A stretch of DNA of 64,000 nt, taken from Ptychomitrium polyphyllum. Its lineage: Eukaryota. A program made the translations under genes and the position numbers. The notes under the pieces were generated by a model. The model was not told the origin of the DNA and did no database searches. It saw only the letters and a program-made list of their open reading frames with translations. Below, one piece after another: positions 51,701 to 64,000 of this stretch (position 1 is its first letter; each line of letters opens with the position of its first letter). Location: contig OZ316775.1 of the NCBI GenBank assembly GCA_973851085.1, positions 20,708,001 through 20,772,000 on the forward strand. Direction: 5' to 3'.

Positions 51701-54700
51701 ATCATTTGAATAAACAAGGCCTTGAAAATCTCTAATTAATAATGGAGTCATTTTCAAGTTGGAATTGCATTAAATCTATACTTTTCATGAATTTTCGTTT
51801 GTCAAATTTATAGAAAAATGCCTCATTTCAATGGGTGGTTGTTTAGTTGATGATGATGCCCATATTTTAAGACTAGAGCTCTATTTAATGGAGGCATCTT
51901 GCTATAGATTTAATGGTCCAAAATTTATTAAAAAGTAAACAAAAAATGATGTACAATGTTAATGAAATAATTTTGAAGTTCAGCATAAGTTAACATAAAT
52001 TAACATAAATACAGACTAATCATAAAAGATTTTTAAAAACCATTTCTCCTTATATTTGTACATGCAAGGCATTCAACTATGTTGTGAATATGAAAAATAT
52101 TGAATGTTGTTTATAAAAGATGCATATTGTGATTCAGAACATTCAAAACAAACTATCACCCATAAACTCATGTTCTTGTAGCTAACGAGTATGCAGAATA
52201 CCAATGCATATGCATAAGACCAACAAATTCTTTGATAAGGATGGCGCTATGTATACGAATGCCAACTCAGAAGCTTTAAAAATGGTGTTTGTCAGTCTTT
52301 AAAAGTACACCCATATACAAAAGCATTTGTACAAAATATTGGGTAGGATGAAATGCATCCTACATATCTTGTATTCCAAATACATGTATCATGCTGTGAA
52401 TTGGGGCACCGGGGGCAGCTTCCAAACCTTACATCTGTGAGGTAGCCATTATCTGTGCTGGCAAAATGGACATAAGCCTTGGTCTAACGTGACGTAATCA
52501 GTTGGACCTGCTACCCGGTCCCATTAGAATATGGGTGCTTGAATAGTCTATTATATTACTTTATGTATTGGGAACATTCAAGAATGACAAATCCAGTTTG
52601 GACTTCAAGGGAACATTTCAGTTATGTAAGAATCAAGATGATGAGTCTTATCCAACTTTTTAGCCTCTGTACTGTAGTGCAGTACCAGTACTAAACAAAA
52701 ATGTAGTTATAGTAACTTTTCAAATTACTCCCTTGGTTGGTTGTGAAGTTGGTAGAAGAATTCAGTAAACTGAAAGAGTATTCAAACAAAGTGACACTAT
52801 GAGGTACGATTGTATTTGCAAAGGCCCCGCAATTTTGAGGCATTCGAAGCAGCAAAAGAGTGTTATAGGCCACACTAAGCAATCTCTGATTCTTGGCAAA
52901 ATCCATGATATCTTGGTTAAGTCCAAAAGTATACACTTGTCAACTTTTATATTTTAATATAAATAAAAATTAAGAAACTCATTGGGCCTACAAATATTAA
53001 CAAGGTACTGCACGTAGCCTATGATAAAGGAATCTACTGGCGTAAAGCTTGAAAAAGAGTTGGCTTGAGGCACCTCTGCAAACTGATATTTTCTTGTGTG
53101 TGGCTAGCAGAAGAAGAATCTAAAGTGTGGTTGCCATTGGCTCCTTACAAACATGACTATTTCTTCTGTTTTATTTTTTGAAACAAATGAATGAGGTTCC
53201 TTTAGTAGAGAAGAAAATAAAGTACATATAGAACACAAGGAAACCCCACCAGGTTCAGCAAGGTTAAATAAACTGCCTAAGTCTAATTGATATCTCTAAA
53301 CCTAGGATTGAACAGATTCCACCTGGGTTGGTTACCTACTGAAGCAGCAATTATTCTTACATCACCAAGTGTCCTTGAACTTCTTGATAGCCTTGTTAGT
53401 ATTCTTGGGGTTTTCTTGCAGCCATTTTGATTATCTCTCCAAGCCCTGCATCTGTTATCAACAATTCCCAACAACCTGATACTACACAACTTCTTAATCT
53501 GCCAATACACAAATCATAGGCTACATTATTTCATTAAATCCACAATGGTTATTTTCTTGGGTCCTCAATTAATTATGACTACTTTTATTTGTCTTATGAT
53601 GTTGCAAAACACAGTGGCTGTATCAGCTTGTTTGCCTTCCAGATTGCTCCAACTGTTTTTTCATTCCATAATAACACTATCATTGCCACTGAGGTTAGTT
53701 TCATTGTATGTGGCTTGAGGCATACATGAATGACTAATGTGCCATGCTATGTCTAAGTATTGATTTATAGTTATGCAATGCCTCACAGATGAGCTGAAGT
53801 ACTATTGTTGTCTCATTTAAGTATACGGCTGCTCCCTCTTTGTAAGTGACTAGCTTCACTTTTTGGTAATATTTTCATTGAAGGTCTCTCGAGGGGAAAG
53901 GCAAAAGCGCATTTCATGCACCCACTTCAATGTAACTTACACATCTGTGTTTTAGGAAAAGCACAAACCAATGGTAGGTACTTGAAAACAAAACCAAATA
54001 CTACACTTGGTGAGTTCATCACATTTATGTGGATATACTTTAGTTGATAAAAGAAAATGAATCCTACATTGAAGCGACTTAATTTCATATTATTACCTTT
54101 TTCTTGACCTAGTGTCCTTCAACCATGAAGAACTCTAGGCTAACTTGTCATTTGTCCTATGAATATGGTTGCAATTGAGCAAATTCAAAGCAAAAGAGTA
54201 GATGCAGGTTAGACAAATTCAATTCTATTTTTTAAAGAATCTTTTTAATGGATGGTATTCTATTAGAAAATAATAAGTTTGGTGCAATTTGTAATTTTAA
54301 AAAAGATGTCATATTGTTTTTATTTGATTTTGTTCAAAATTTCAAGACAATGGATTTTTGTTATTAAGTAAGTTTTTTGGTCTTGTAATCATTTTTTGAT
54401 ATTTGACAACAAGTTCTAGATTGTGATGCATTGGTTTTTTCAGTCATTGTCCTTCTTGGAGAATTAAAATTTCAGTAAAAATTTGAAAGAAAAATAACTT
54501 GTGAATAGTTTCTATATTGGTATCCATATCTAACCTTGGGTCAAGGGAGTGCATCCTTCCCAAGATGCACTATGGCCATTTTGAGTTCTTGTTCTACCCA
54601 TTAATCAAGCTGCTTCAACTGTTTTTGCATTCCATTGTTTTTCTAATACATAAATTTATCAAATGTATGCACCAATGAAGAATTTAAAGCAGCTGCAAAC

Positions 54701-54769
54701 TTGCAATCATGATGATTTTTATAAGGGTTTTTTTAAAGAAGGGCAAATGGATTATTATTTTTTTTTCTA

Positions 54770-56010
54770 ATATGCAAGGCCCATGGCCAACTTCCAGTGG
54801 TGCATTCAGTAGTGGTATTTCACACCCATGAACACCCCCAGTATTGGAATCCTCTGGACTGAAATTTTGTTTCCATGGTAGGAGTAGCTGCAAATAGATG
54901 ACAGTACTCTGAAAGAAAACACATTTTACAAAGGGAAAAAATGAATTCAAGGACATACTGTTGACAAACTTTACTCTGAGGACAATATTATAATACTCAC
55001 CAGAAGGGGGTGATGAATATGCTATGTGAGTATGGTATGCTAGACAGGTTTTGATGAGACCAAAAATTGCATGCCGCCCCAAAAACTCTAGAAGATTTTG
55101 TCAGAGAAAAGGTCATGGCATCCTTGGATTCACCAGACCTTTTATGGGAGTCTGTGGCTGCGGTGATTAGATGATTGCTATTCAAGTTGCAAGAGGAAAG
55201 GGAAGGTGTAGGATCAACACATGATTGTGGCCCAGATAGTTTTTGAGATCCAAGGTGACTGAAAACTACTGGATCATAGAATTAAATTGAGTTATGAGTC
55301 AGAAATCTACAAGGGCATGTTGCTCACAATAGGGAATCTTGGAATCAAAATGAGAGGTAGCAAATGATTTTGCCATGCAAAGATAAAGTATTCATGTGGG
55401 TGGCTATGCTCTGTGGCTAACTCAGTACTTTCTCAAAATCAAGGCAGTGATATACACCCCAAGACATCAATGGGAAGTACTGTCAATGATCAATTTGCAA
55501 ATTGACTGTAATAATATGTTAATCAGGGGACTAGGTAGCTGCAAACATGAGAATACTGTATCTACGCAAATAAGGAGACACAAATAATCAGCACTCTTGC
55601 ACCATGGTGATGAACACAAAAGGATTCCAGGTCTTCAGAGATCTCCATGATCATCTGAGCACTTTCAAATTCAATCTCAAATCCTAAACAACCACAGTTA
55701 TGGACTTCCACTGCAGGAACAAAACGTCATGAAACTGCCACATGCATCTTTATGGTCTAGGTGTTTGCCAACCAAGAAGCACTAGACTCTACACAGAATT
55801 GCTTGGCTATTGCTTTGAAAGTGTTGGGAATAAGGGTGGCCCTTCAACAAGCAATGTTTGTTCGGTCAGGAACACTACTCCCCCACAACCCAACAATGGG
55901 TCACCATATGTGGGACCCTTCCAGCATGGTGCAACACACTCAATCTGACACATTTCTAGATACTTTCTACAGTCTATTCTGGTTGGCACTCTGTGTGGTA
56001 GAGACATCAT
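54770..56010 (-). mobile_element. Probable CxC-KDZ (Kyakuja-Dileera-Zisupton) transposase remnant
   Basis: In collinear order on the - strand: C..PC..CGG..LLVEG.LFPTLSKQ*P (CxC-like, 55807-56010); CSSPWCK..LICVDTVFS (~55550-55620); VDPT..SNH..ATDSHKRSGESK..AACNFWSH (55001-55220; compare D.TG..C.H..DM.RSGE..KY..YD.AC.F); then CHLFAA..TKF/NFSP/RIPILG/GCE across frames (54810-54905; compare FH..AH..C..F.P..G..DGE). The YD motif is not retained. Confidence 0.4.
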
Positions 56011-58387
56011 TTAGACACGGTTGGTCCGTGAAGGTCATCACCTGTGACATAAAATCAGATTTATGGGAAAAGGAAACTTTGCACAGTGAATTTTGTACAT
56101 GGTGCTCCATGAATTTTGAACATCACAAGGCACCTGGTGTAACATCAATACTCAGTATAGAGAGCATATGGATTAAATTTATTAAAAATGAAGGCAGCAG
56201 TGAAATGAAAATCAGAAAGTTTTACTGTAAATTGTAAATACTAATTTACGGATTTCAAGGGAAGTTAAAGGAATGGTATTTTGAATCAGCATATGCACCA
56301 GTTTTAAGGGACAATTGTACTATGCATTACCAGGCAAGACTTCCCTGTGTTATAAACAGTACTGTGCAGGTATCTCCTCATAGTGGGCTGTAGCCTGTGT
56401 TGCACTAATTTAGAACTTCAAAATTGGTCGGCTGCCACAATTGCTGGTTCACAAGTTGACAGTGGCCATGTAACTTAGCAACGCCAAAGGTTGTTATTAC
56501 TTGAAACTTGCAATCCTAGTGTCATGCATGCTGGGAGGCCGCCATAAGCATTAAGACCGCTCCTGGGCACAGGTAAGTTTCTCTGTTGACTCCACGGGTG
56601 AAGACCTTGTCTTGCCTAGGCCCCTGTATCCACAACATCTTACAAAAACCAGTTTTGCAAGTTTGATTTAAAATGACAAAAAAACTGTTGAACCCATAGT
56701 TTAGGTTCAGCTGATTGAGTTAAGAGGCCGTACCAGGTGTTGACAATGAATCTTGCAACCACTCAAACTGAGCAGCTTTGGGAGAGCCCTGGAACACAAA
56801 CTCTCTCATGGGTGGGGCTCCACTGTTTGTGTGGAGCCCATACATTGCATGCACTATTGTTGAAACTGAGGAGGACAATAGAGTTATTTGTTAATATAAC
56901 TCCTTTTGCTTTTCTTCCTTTGACACAAGCAGTAAATTAGTCCATGTTTGGAGATGCAATTTGGGAAGTTGCCTAGAGCAAAGTAAGGGAGTTGGTTTGG
57001 AGGAGCTTGGGTAGTTTGAGGGAGGTCCAAAATTTGAGGCTTATTAATAACATCTAATATCTTAGAGGTTCCTCATTGGTATAAAAAAACATATTTTAAA
57101 ACATATTATTTCTCTTTTGAGGGCACAGGTCCGTTTTGTAAAACTTCTTTTTTAAGTTCTCATTAATAAATAAATTTAATCTCTTCACTCATTTTCTTCT
57201 TGTTTTGGAGTTTTATAGAAAAAATGAGGATGTTATAAGGCACCAAGGTACTACTTGTTGAATTACTACTTTCAAAATATAACACAATAGAATACCAAAG
57301 CCACATACAAGGCTAGTTACAATAATTCGATTAATAAAAGAAACTATAATGTTTTAAGAAGGAAAATGCAGATACAATCATATTCTTATAACATTTTTTT
57401 CTACTTTTAGCCATCTTGGACCAATCTTAGTAAATTTCAAATACCAAACCAAAAAAATTAAGAATCTATTTATTTGAAAAGTGAATAGTTTTTAATACCT
57501 CATATTATGTTATATGTTTTAAATAAATATAAATATTACATCATAACATACTGTATTAGTTAAACTTTTATTTCATTTCATTATGTAGAGATCAGATATT
57601 GCTCCACCTACTCTGCTTTTGATGTAATTTGCAAATACAGCAGTTGACTTGGCCTGTCCTATTCTGCTCAACACTGGTTTGAGAAACATTGTTGCATGAA
57701 ATTGCAGATGTGAGAAACAAGAATTCTGTTACCAGACAGTTCTCACATTTGCTGTCATACTCTTTCTTGGATGAAAAGTAGAATAGGATAAAGCAAATTT
57801 TCAGCAAATTTTTCTTGATCAAATCCTACAGCAAAAGAAACTGCACAACAAGATGCCCATCATAGTTGAGAAGGATTGAGTCACATTAAGTGTACATGTG
57901 GTGCCTGAAAAAAAGTTGTATTTTGTCTTTTAACTCATTATCGTACTATGCTGCCTCACATCCAATATTTTACCCCAAAACCATAAAGCAAATAAGAAAC
58001 ACCTTGTCATAGAAGAATTAGAAGCTGCATCAGAATTGTTGTACTTATGAGAAATCTTAATAGGCACTTGGTTGGAGAGGAGAATGATGTCCATTGTTGT
58101 TTTGTTACTCATCTATCTAATCAAAAAGGGTCTAGTTGTGTATTGTGAAGGCAGATGTGACTTGTATAAAAACTTTGGCAACTGCCATACATTCTGTCAT
58201 AGGTGCTGGCACTGGCAACGTACACATACTCCTACTCCTACTACAATTTCATTCTGCTTCCTGAACCAGCACAAAATCTATTCTTATGAAATATCAATGC
58301 ACATACATAATCAAAAGTCATTAGAAATTTGCAACAGCACATGTAAAAAGAACTCTCACAACATTATGGTTATATGCAACTTATTCA

Positions 58388-58420
58388 AGGGTTTAAGGTT
58401 TAGGGCACAAAACCCTAAAC
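58388..58420. repeat. Inverted interstitial plant telomere motifs
   Basis: agggtttaaggtttaggg-cacaaaa-ccctaaac. GTTTAGGG (58398-58405) pairs perfectly with CCCTAAAC (58413-58420). Confidence 0.6.
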
Positions 58421-58809
58421 AGTGTACAAAAACTTCATGCAGAGTAAATTTATTAGTAGATATCTTTTAATATCTATTATGTTGTCCAATCTGCTTTTGT
58501 TTTAAGGTTGTTGCTATAAGCCACTTGGTTGGGATGACACCATTGGCATAATATTTGCATCTTGACTATTCATATTTAATATACAAAAAAGATTCCAAAC
58601 GACTATGATAAACTCAAAATACAAAGGACCAAAATCTATGTTATGTATAGAACTTAGAAACTTATATTATAAGAATTGCTTTTTTTCTTTTTCTTTAAAA
58701 GACCAAGAATCAAGAATCTTCAAAATTACGCAACATTATTAGTCCACCGCTCTACATACTCCCATTTTTTTATTTGGATGGATGTTGTTGATGGAACTTA
58801 CAAATTTTT

Positions 58810-60400
58810 ATTGACAAATTGGCAAGATTGTTAGGTGGCTCTCATGTGCGTTCACTAACGTCATATCCATGCCAATGAATCAAAAATTCCAACTTTTCAT
58901 ATTTTATTCATAAATCAAGCACTACTTCTATTTTAGATTCATAATAATCATTGATTTTTATTATGTATAGTAGTAGATGTCTTTGTTTAAGGATAATTTA
59001 TTCTTTATAGGAATATAAAAATGAAATGTGGCAGATTAGATGTATCTTTATTAATGTTGGTAGCTCCAAATAATACACTGCATGGTTGATTTGTTTATGA
59101 ATTGCAGATGGTCTCAACCTTTGATATACCAACTTGTCTCATAATTTATTGGTCTTTATATTGTATCAAATGAGCCACATCTTTTTACCAATTTAAAATG
59201 AAAGTTGTTTCTTATTTGTTACATTTGTTGATGTTGTGTATTGTTTTAGAGCTTCTACTAATTTAATCATTATGGTTGTTTGAAACTCTACCATTTTCAA
59301 GGCAAATTCCTTTGTTGTTGGGTTTACAAATTACAAAAGTTATAATATTCCATCTTTGGATGTTGTCTATAGTTGGAGTAAAATGGCATTTAATGAGTGG
59401 AAGCATAAGCGGTGTTATTGTAAGCAAACTCAGCCAATTTCAAATAAATTTCTCAACCATCTTGATGATAGTTGATGGTATACCTCAGATATTGCTTTAA
59501 AATTTGGTTGATTTGCTCTATTTGAAGATGGAAGGTAGAAGAAAGTTAAATGTCCACTTTAAAGATTTATAAAGATTACTTCTAATACTTTTATATGAAT
59601 TGTGGCCTACAATTTGATATTCTAATGTCAGACAATTTATAATAGCAGTAGACGTTATTTGTAAAGACTATAGCCATCACTTTAATTGTAATTTTTTTAT
59701 TGCAAGGTACAAAATATGTCATTTTAATTGAATGGTCTACTACTACAAAGTTGGGATTAAAGGAATTTAACAGTGGAAAATTTACAATGAAATTTATGGA
59801 AATTGATGACTATGGTTGCCTTCAAATAGGTATTAGTTGGAGAAGTCCGGATGGGCAATGTCAAGGGTTCTTTAATTGAAAGCATTATCACACAAGAGTA
59901 CAAATTTTTTAATGGCCATTTGCATTTGAAGCTATTAAAAGTTTTAAGAGAAGAATTTCAAAGTCTTGTTGAATCTAAAATATCTAGCCACAAGAAAATC
60001 ATGATGTATTTGAAGTGTATAAAGGTAAAATGATCCTTCAAAAATATATAGGTATTTCTTCAATTACAAAGAAGTTTCTTATTGTGGATTTCATAGTTGA
60101 TTTTTGCACTTGAATTTTTTTTGAAATGGAATGCAATTGAATGGAGTTCCCTTTGTCTCTCATTGTGACAAAATTGCTGATAATGCAAAGTTAGAAGTAT
60201 TTGTTTCCACATAAAATGATTTCACAAAATTAAGACGGACTAAAATAAAAAACTATGATAAAGGCTCTCTTCAAATTTTGAAATACATCTTTGACATTAG
60301 AGTCCTACTCAACTTTTTTTTTGCATGTTAATTGTCTGAGTAGACTGGTTGTTTGAAAATAGTTCTTGATGAAGATCTTGTAGAAGTTTGCAAATTCAAT
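58810..60400 (-). mobile_element. Decayed Ty3/Gypsy chromovirus pol fragment (RT-connection, RNase H start, integrase, chromodomain)
   Basis: - strand: FANFYKIFIKNY..LT..FQNLKRAF (~60260-60392); FYVETNTSNFALSAILSQ (RNase H); HHDF..FRFNKT; GLLQLIPI*RQP*SSISINFI..VVVDH.IKM.YFVPC; LSSTFH..QILKQYLRYTINYHQDG*..LAEFAYNN; chromodomain EKLEFLIHWHGYDVSERT*EP..L (58815-58898). Many stops, including Trp codons converted to stop. Confidence 0.92.
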
Positions 60401-62186
60401 AAAATATTAAAGACCATGTTGTTATAATGTAATAAGTTGTATAATTTAAAATTTAGCTCCTATTCTTTGTTTTGTGGATTTTGATTTATTGTCTTTAGAA
60501 AGGTATATTAAAAATTATAAAAAGTTAAGTATAAAAAGTTATGGTGAAATCGTGGTTTAGAACACCTTAAAGATGAAATTGTATTTTATTTTAGTTTTTG
60601 GTGAAGGGGCTTGTTGAGTGTTGTGCTTTTATGCTTCCCATTTTTGCTAGCAATATGAAATCATATGCCACCATTCTATTCAATAAATTTGATAAGAATA
60701 AAATTCAAACCGCTTCACTAGCTTGAACTTATCTAGCCATTTAATTTTGTGATTTGATATTTGATCCTATTTTGACAATGTTTGTATTCTTATTTTATTT
60801 CTTGTTGAATTTTAAATTTTTTCCTATTTTCTTCTTTATTTAATATTATTTTTCTTATTTTATATTTGTAAAGATTGGTTTCGTCGTCTATTGTAGTTTG
60901 AATCCAAAAGTTTTAATAAAATAGAATTAAATTAATTTAAAAAAAAAATTGTCACTAAAGAATTTAGATTGTTTTTTTTTATGAAGATGTGGAGAGATAA
61001 GGGCTTTCTGTAGAGAGATAAGAATTTATGTGGAAAGATAAAGAGCAAATATGATAGTTTCATTCCCTCTCATCTACATTTTTGGCTTCTTCCACTTAGA
61101 ATAGAAGGCAATTTTTGTCATCAAGATTTTATTGTATACTTTTTAATTTGAATTGATTTTTGTAGGTTTTTTTTTTTTTGTAAGCATTGTAGAATGCCAT
61201 CATAAGCGCCATTTGAAGTTAATAGTTGACTGTGACTCTACTTGAATAAAGTTGAGTGACATGCCATGAATTTCTAGAAACAACTATTTTAAGTGTTTAT
61301 AATTTTTTGTAAAAACAATTCTCAATGATGGAATTTGAAGAATAACATTATTATTACTTCAAAATGACATTGAAATGTTTTTAAGAACAAAAAGTATCTC
61401 GGTACATATTAATAGGGTGGGATATAAAAGTTAAGATATTTAAGTACATGAATTTGGAAATTCTTGAACTAAAAAAATGAAGAGAAAAAAATTAAATTAC
61501 AAAAGTCAAAATTTCTATAATTTAACTATAGTTATTTTAAAAGAGTAAAATAAAATAAGAACGTAAATAATCACGATTTTGTCTGTGGTGCGCCCTTGCA
61601 TTCTTAAAATGTTTGAGTGTAACCTAGAGCCTAGTTTGGGATCTCATCAATTCGAGAGCCACAAGTCGAGACTCGAAAGGCAATTGAACGGTTTCCAAGA
61701 CTCTTCATCCGAGATTCCTCCACCTGGTGCCGACTCCCAGCGTTCCCCAGAGTTCTTCTCGTCCCCGACGCTCCAACCCCGCCAGTTCTCACCACGTTCG
61801 CACGTTTACACGACTAAAGCCAGAAGAACGCTTAATCCAGTAAGCCTCCTCCCTCACAAAGAACGACTCTCACCTCGCTCTCCGTAGACCGTGCTCCGAC
61901 TCACTACTGCCCAACGTTCCGATCATCCAGCCCCGCCACTTCGGGACGCACACCTAAAACCGCCCCTGTCCCAAAAACCAACATCATCTACCGAGGGCGT
62001 TCCCCGCGCTCCTTACAATCTACAAAAGACGAATAATAAATCACATGTTCAAACTATGTAACGATCTGTTACAGTACTTGAAACCGATCTCATCTATGGA
62101 ATTTGAAAACTTCGTTGATTATAATGTACGCTCCAGTAGATGGTATGGGATGTCGGGAAAAGCGACGGGGTAGGAGTGCGGAATCC

Positions 62187-62195
62187 TTAGGGTTT
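62187..62195. promoter_or_regulatory. Telo-box (AAACCCTAA on the - strand) in the GC-rich promoter/5' region of the WAV2-like gene
   Basis: TTAGGGTTT lies in the GC-rich island (61600-62700) upstream of the hydrolase. A 9-mer could also occur by chance. Confidence 0.35.
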
Positions 62196-63518
62196 ACAGA
62201 TCCAGGGGGCTTGTGTGATGTCGGACAGAATTTGTGGTTTCTTTGTTGCTTCGATCCTTCTGTTCCGGAGCTCTCGTGCGCGGGGTGTCGCCATTACTGC
62301 GTCGCAGCCCGATCGCGCTGCTTTTCATGGTGTTGTGACTAGCGCACAATTCGATTGCGCATCTCGGTAGGTTTTCTCGCTGCACTTTTTCGCTTCTCTT
62401 CTTTCTCATTCAACCGGTCGGTAGAGGGCCTGCTATGAAGCAGCAGTCTATAGATACCACGAGATTGCGAATCTTCTGTCATAGTTTGCAGCTTCTCGAT
62501 GCATGTTGCTGGAAGTCACTTGGATCGGCGGACGATGCAACGGAAGGGAGTCGTTTTTCTGGTTGTTTGATTGAGATGGAGCGTTTTTCCGTTTGCGTCC
62601 AAGTGGTCAGGGTTTCATGAAACGACGATGGTTTTTGTTTGTCTGTCTATCTTTCTGGTTCAGCTCGCAGCGAGAACGGAATATAATCGAATATTTGCAA
62701 GGATGTTAGAACGTCAATTTTTGCGTGAGGATGGGAGCCTCTGGATAGAATTTGTGTGTCTGTTCTTTTCTAATGGAGGCGCCAGTGAGCGAGCTTAAGC
62801 GTTTTTGCCTTGCTTTGTCGTTTTGAGTTTAAGGTTCTGGGAGCTTCGCATAGTGGAGTGTGCGAATGGCGTGCGGTGCTTCTCGTTGTGAAGTAGGAGG
62901 TGAGAGTGTGAGTTTCGACGGCTGAATAGGTCGATTGAATTATGTAGAGAAAAGAATATTGCATGAAGAGCATCGGAGAAGTTTAATTAGTTGCTATGGT
63001 GAGATTGTTATACGTTCTAATATGTTCCAATAAAACAAATTCCTACATTTACCGATCCTTTCTTGTTTCGCAGCCACAAGTGTGTGCTTCTGCACTTCGT
63101 GTGAGTGCTCGAATCATTTAATTGCTGTTGTAGTTTATGTTGTTGTTGCTTATGGTTGATGTTTTTACAAGAATATAATGGCGAATGTAGGGAAGGGCTT
63201 GTATGAGACTTCTAATACGAATTTTAGAATCTGGATTTTACGGCTAAGTTCCAGCCCTGTTTCTGTATGACGTGGAGGGCAATTTCAATCATTCAAGAGG
63301 ACGTCTGCTGTTGGAAACGGAGCCCTGATATTTGAAAGAGGGAGTGGCTTTGAAAATTTCTGATACCGAACCTTTCGTAATCTGCTACTAAAATGGTGAG
63401 AATGAGTGTGAAGCCTGGCGTATGTTGAGTGACGGAGGCTATGTTAACAAGAGGATTTCTGTTGTGCAGCAATCTGGATCAACTGAGTTAGGGCGAGTCG
63501 TGGACTGCGACCAGCAAG

Positions 63519-63765
63519 ATGGGAGGCTGGTGGACGTGGTTGAATGGCCTGCTTTATGGGGTGGGAGGACTTGCGTGTGCGAGTGTGGCGATGCTAGTTG
63601 CATTTCAGGAAAAGCTCGTCTACGTGCCGGTAATTCCGGGTATGAAGCGTGGGTACCCGATTGATCCCTCACGTCTTCATCTTCGTTACGAGGATGTGTG
63701 GCTTACTGCCAAGGATGGAGTGCGACTGCACAGTTGGTATATTGAAGCTCATGCTAACTGTCCAG
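63519..63765 (+). CDS. WAV2: Alpha/beta hydrolase WAV2/ABHD13/Bem46-like, first coding exon (gene continues past the window end)
   Basis: MGGWWTWLNGLLYGVGGLACASVAMLVAFQEKLVYVPVIPG..YPIDPSRLHLRYEDVWLTAKDGVRLHSWYI matches the plant WAV2 N-terminus (LVAFQEKLVYVP, YED.WL..DGVRLH.W). Donor cag|gtaat at 63765/63766. Confidence 0.92.
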
Positions 63766-64000
63766 GTAATATTAGTAACTCATTAGGGCAGAGGAGCATT
63801 CTTTTACTGCAGAAGAAACTGTCTGGTTGTATCTTGTTAGTATATTAGCTGAGTCATAGTCTCAAAGTGAACGTACAAGAATTTGTCTCTGTTCTAGAAC
63901 ACTGTAGCTTGTAACATAGCTACAGTTCAAGATGTAGTCCCTTAACCCTTAATGTAAGTATCTTGATATTTACTTCAATTTCCACTCACTGGCATTATGG

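Noticed and set aside
52100..53900. TET/JBP dioxygenase cargo next to the putative KDZ remnant
   Set aside because: No HxD...H...R signature found by hand translation; left as an open search.

Overview
Eukaryotic plant genomic DNA, most likely a moss of the Physcomitrium type. This is inferred from the very AT-rich intergenic tracts, GT-AG introns, a moss-style TIR domain and a decayed chromoviral Gypsy element. Intact-looking genes: a >30-exon proteasome activator PA200/PSME4 gene (- strand, 11320-26203); an SS4-clade soluble starch synthase (- strand, ~40841-45122); the first coding exon of a WAV2/ABHD13 alpha/beta hydrolase (+, 63519-63765, continues beyond the window); a small conserved-looking plant protein (+, 7398-7679) preceded by a chain of tightly packed uORFs; a single-exon zinc-ribbon + retropepsin ORF with no flanking retroelement (+, 3544-4542); and a 3-exon secreted, double-headed potato-inhibitor-I protein (-, 8540-9677) that the ORF track only shows in pieces. 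The inhibitor gene has a duplicated splice acceptor that could switch it between one- and two-domain forms. Decayed defence genes: a LecRK-type kinase, an LRR receptor-like gene and a TIR-NBS-LRR. The 47-61 kb region holds a clear Gypsy/chromovirus remnant and, more tentatively, remnants resembling CxC-KDZ (Kyakuja-Dileera-Zisupton) transposases. All assignments come from hand translation and motif recognition; no database search was run.
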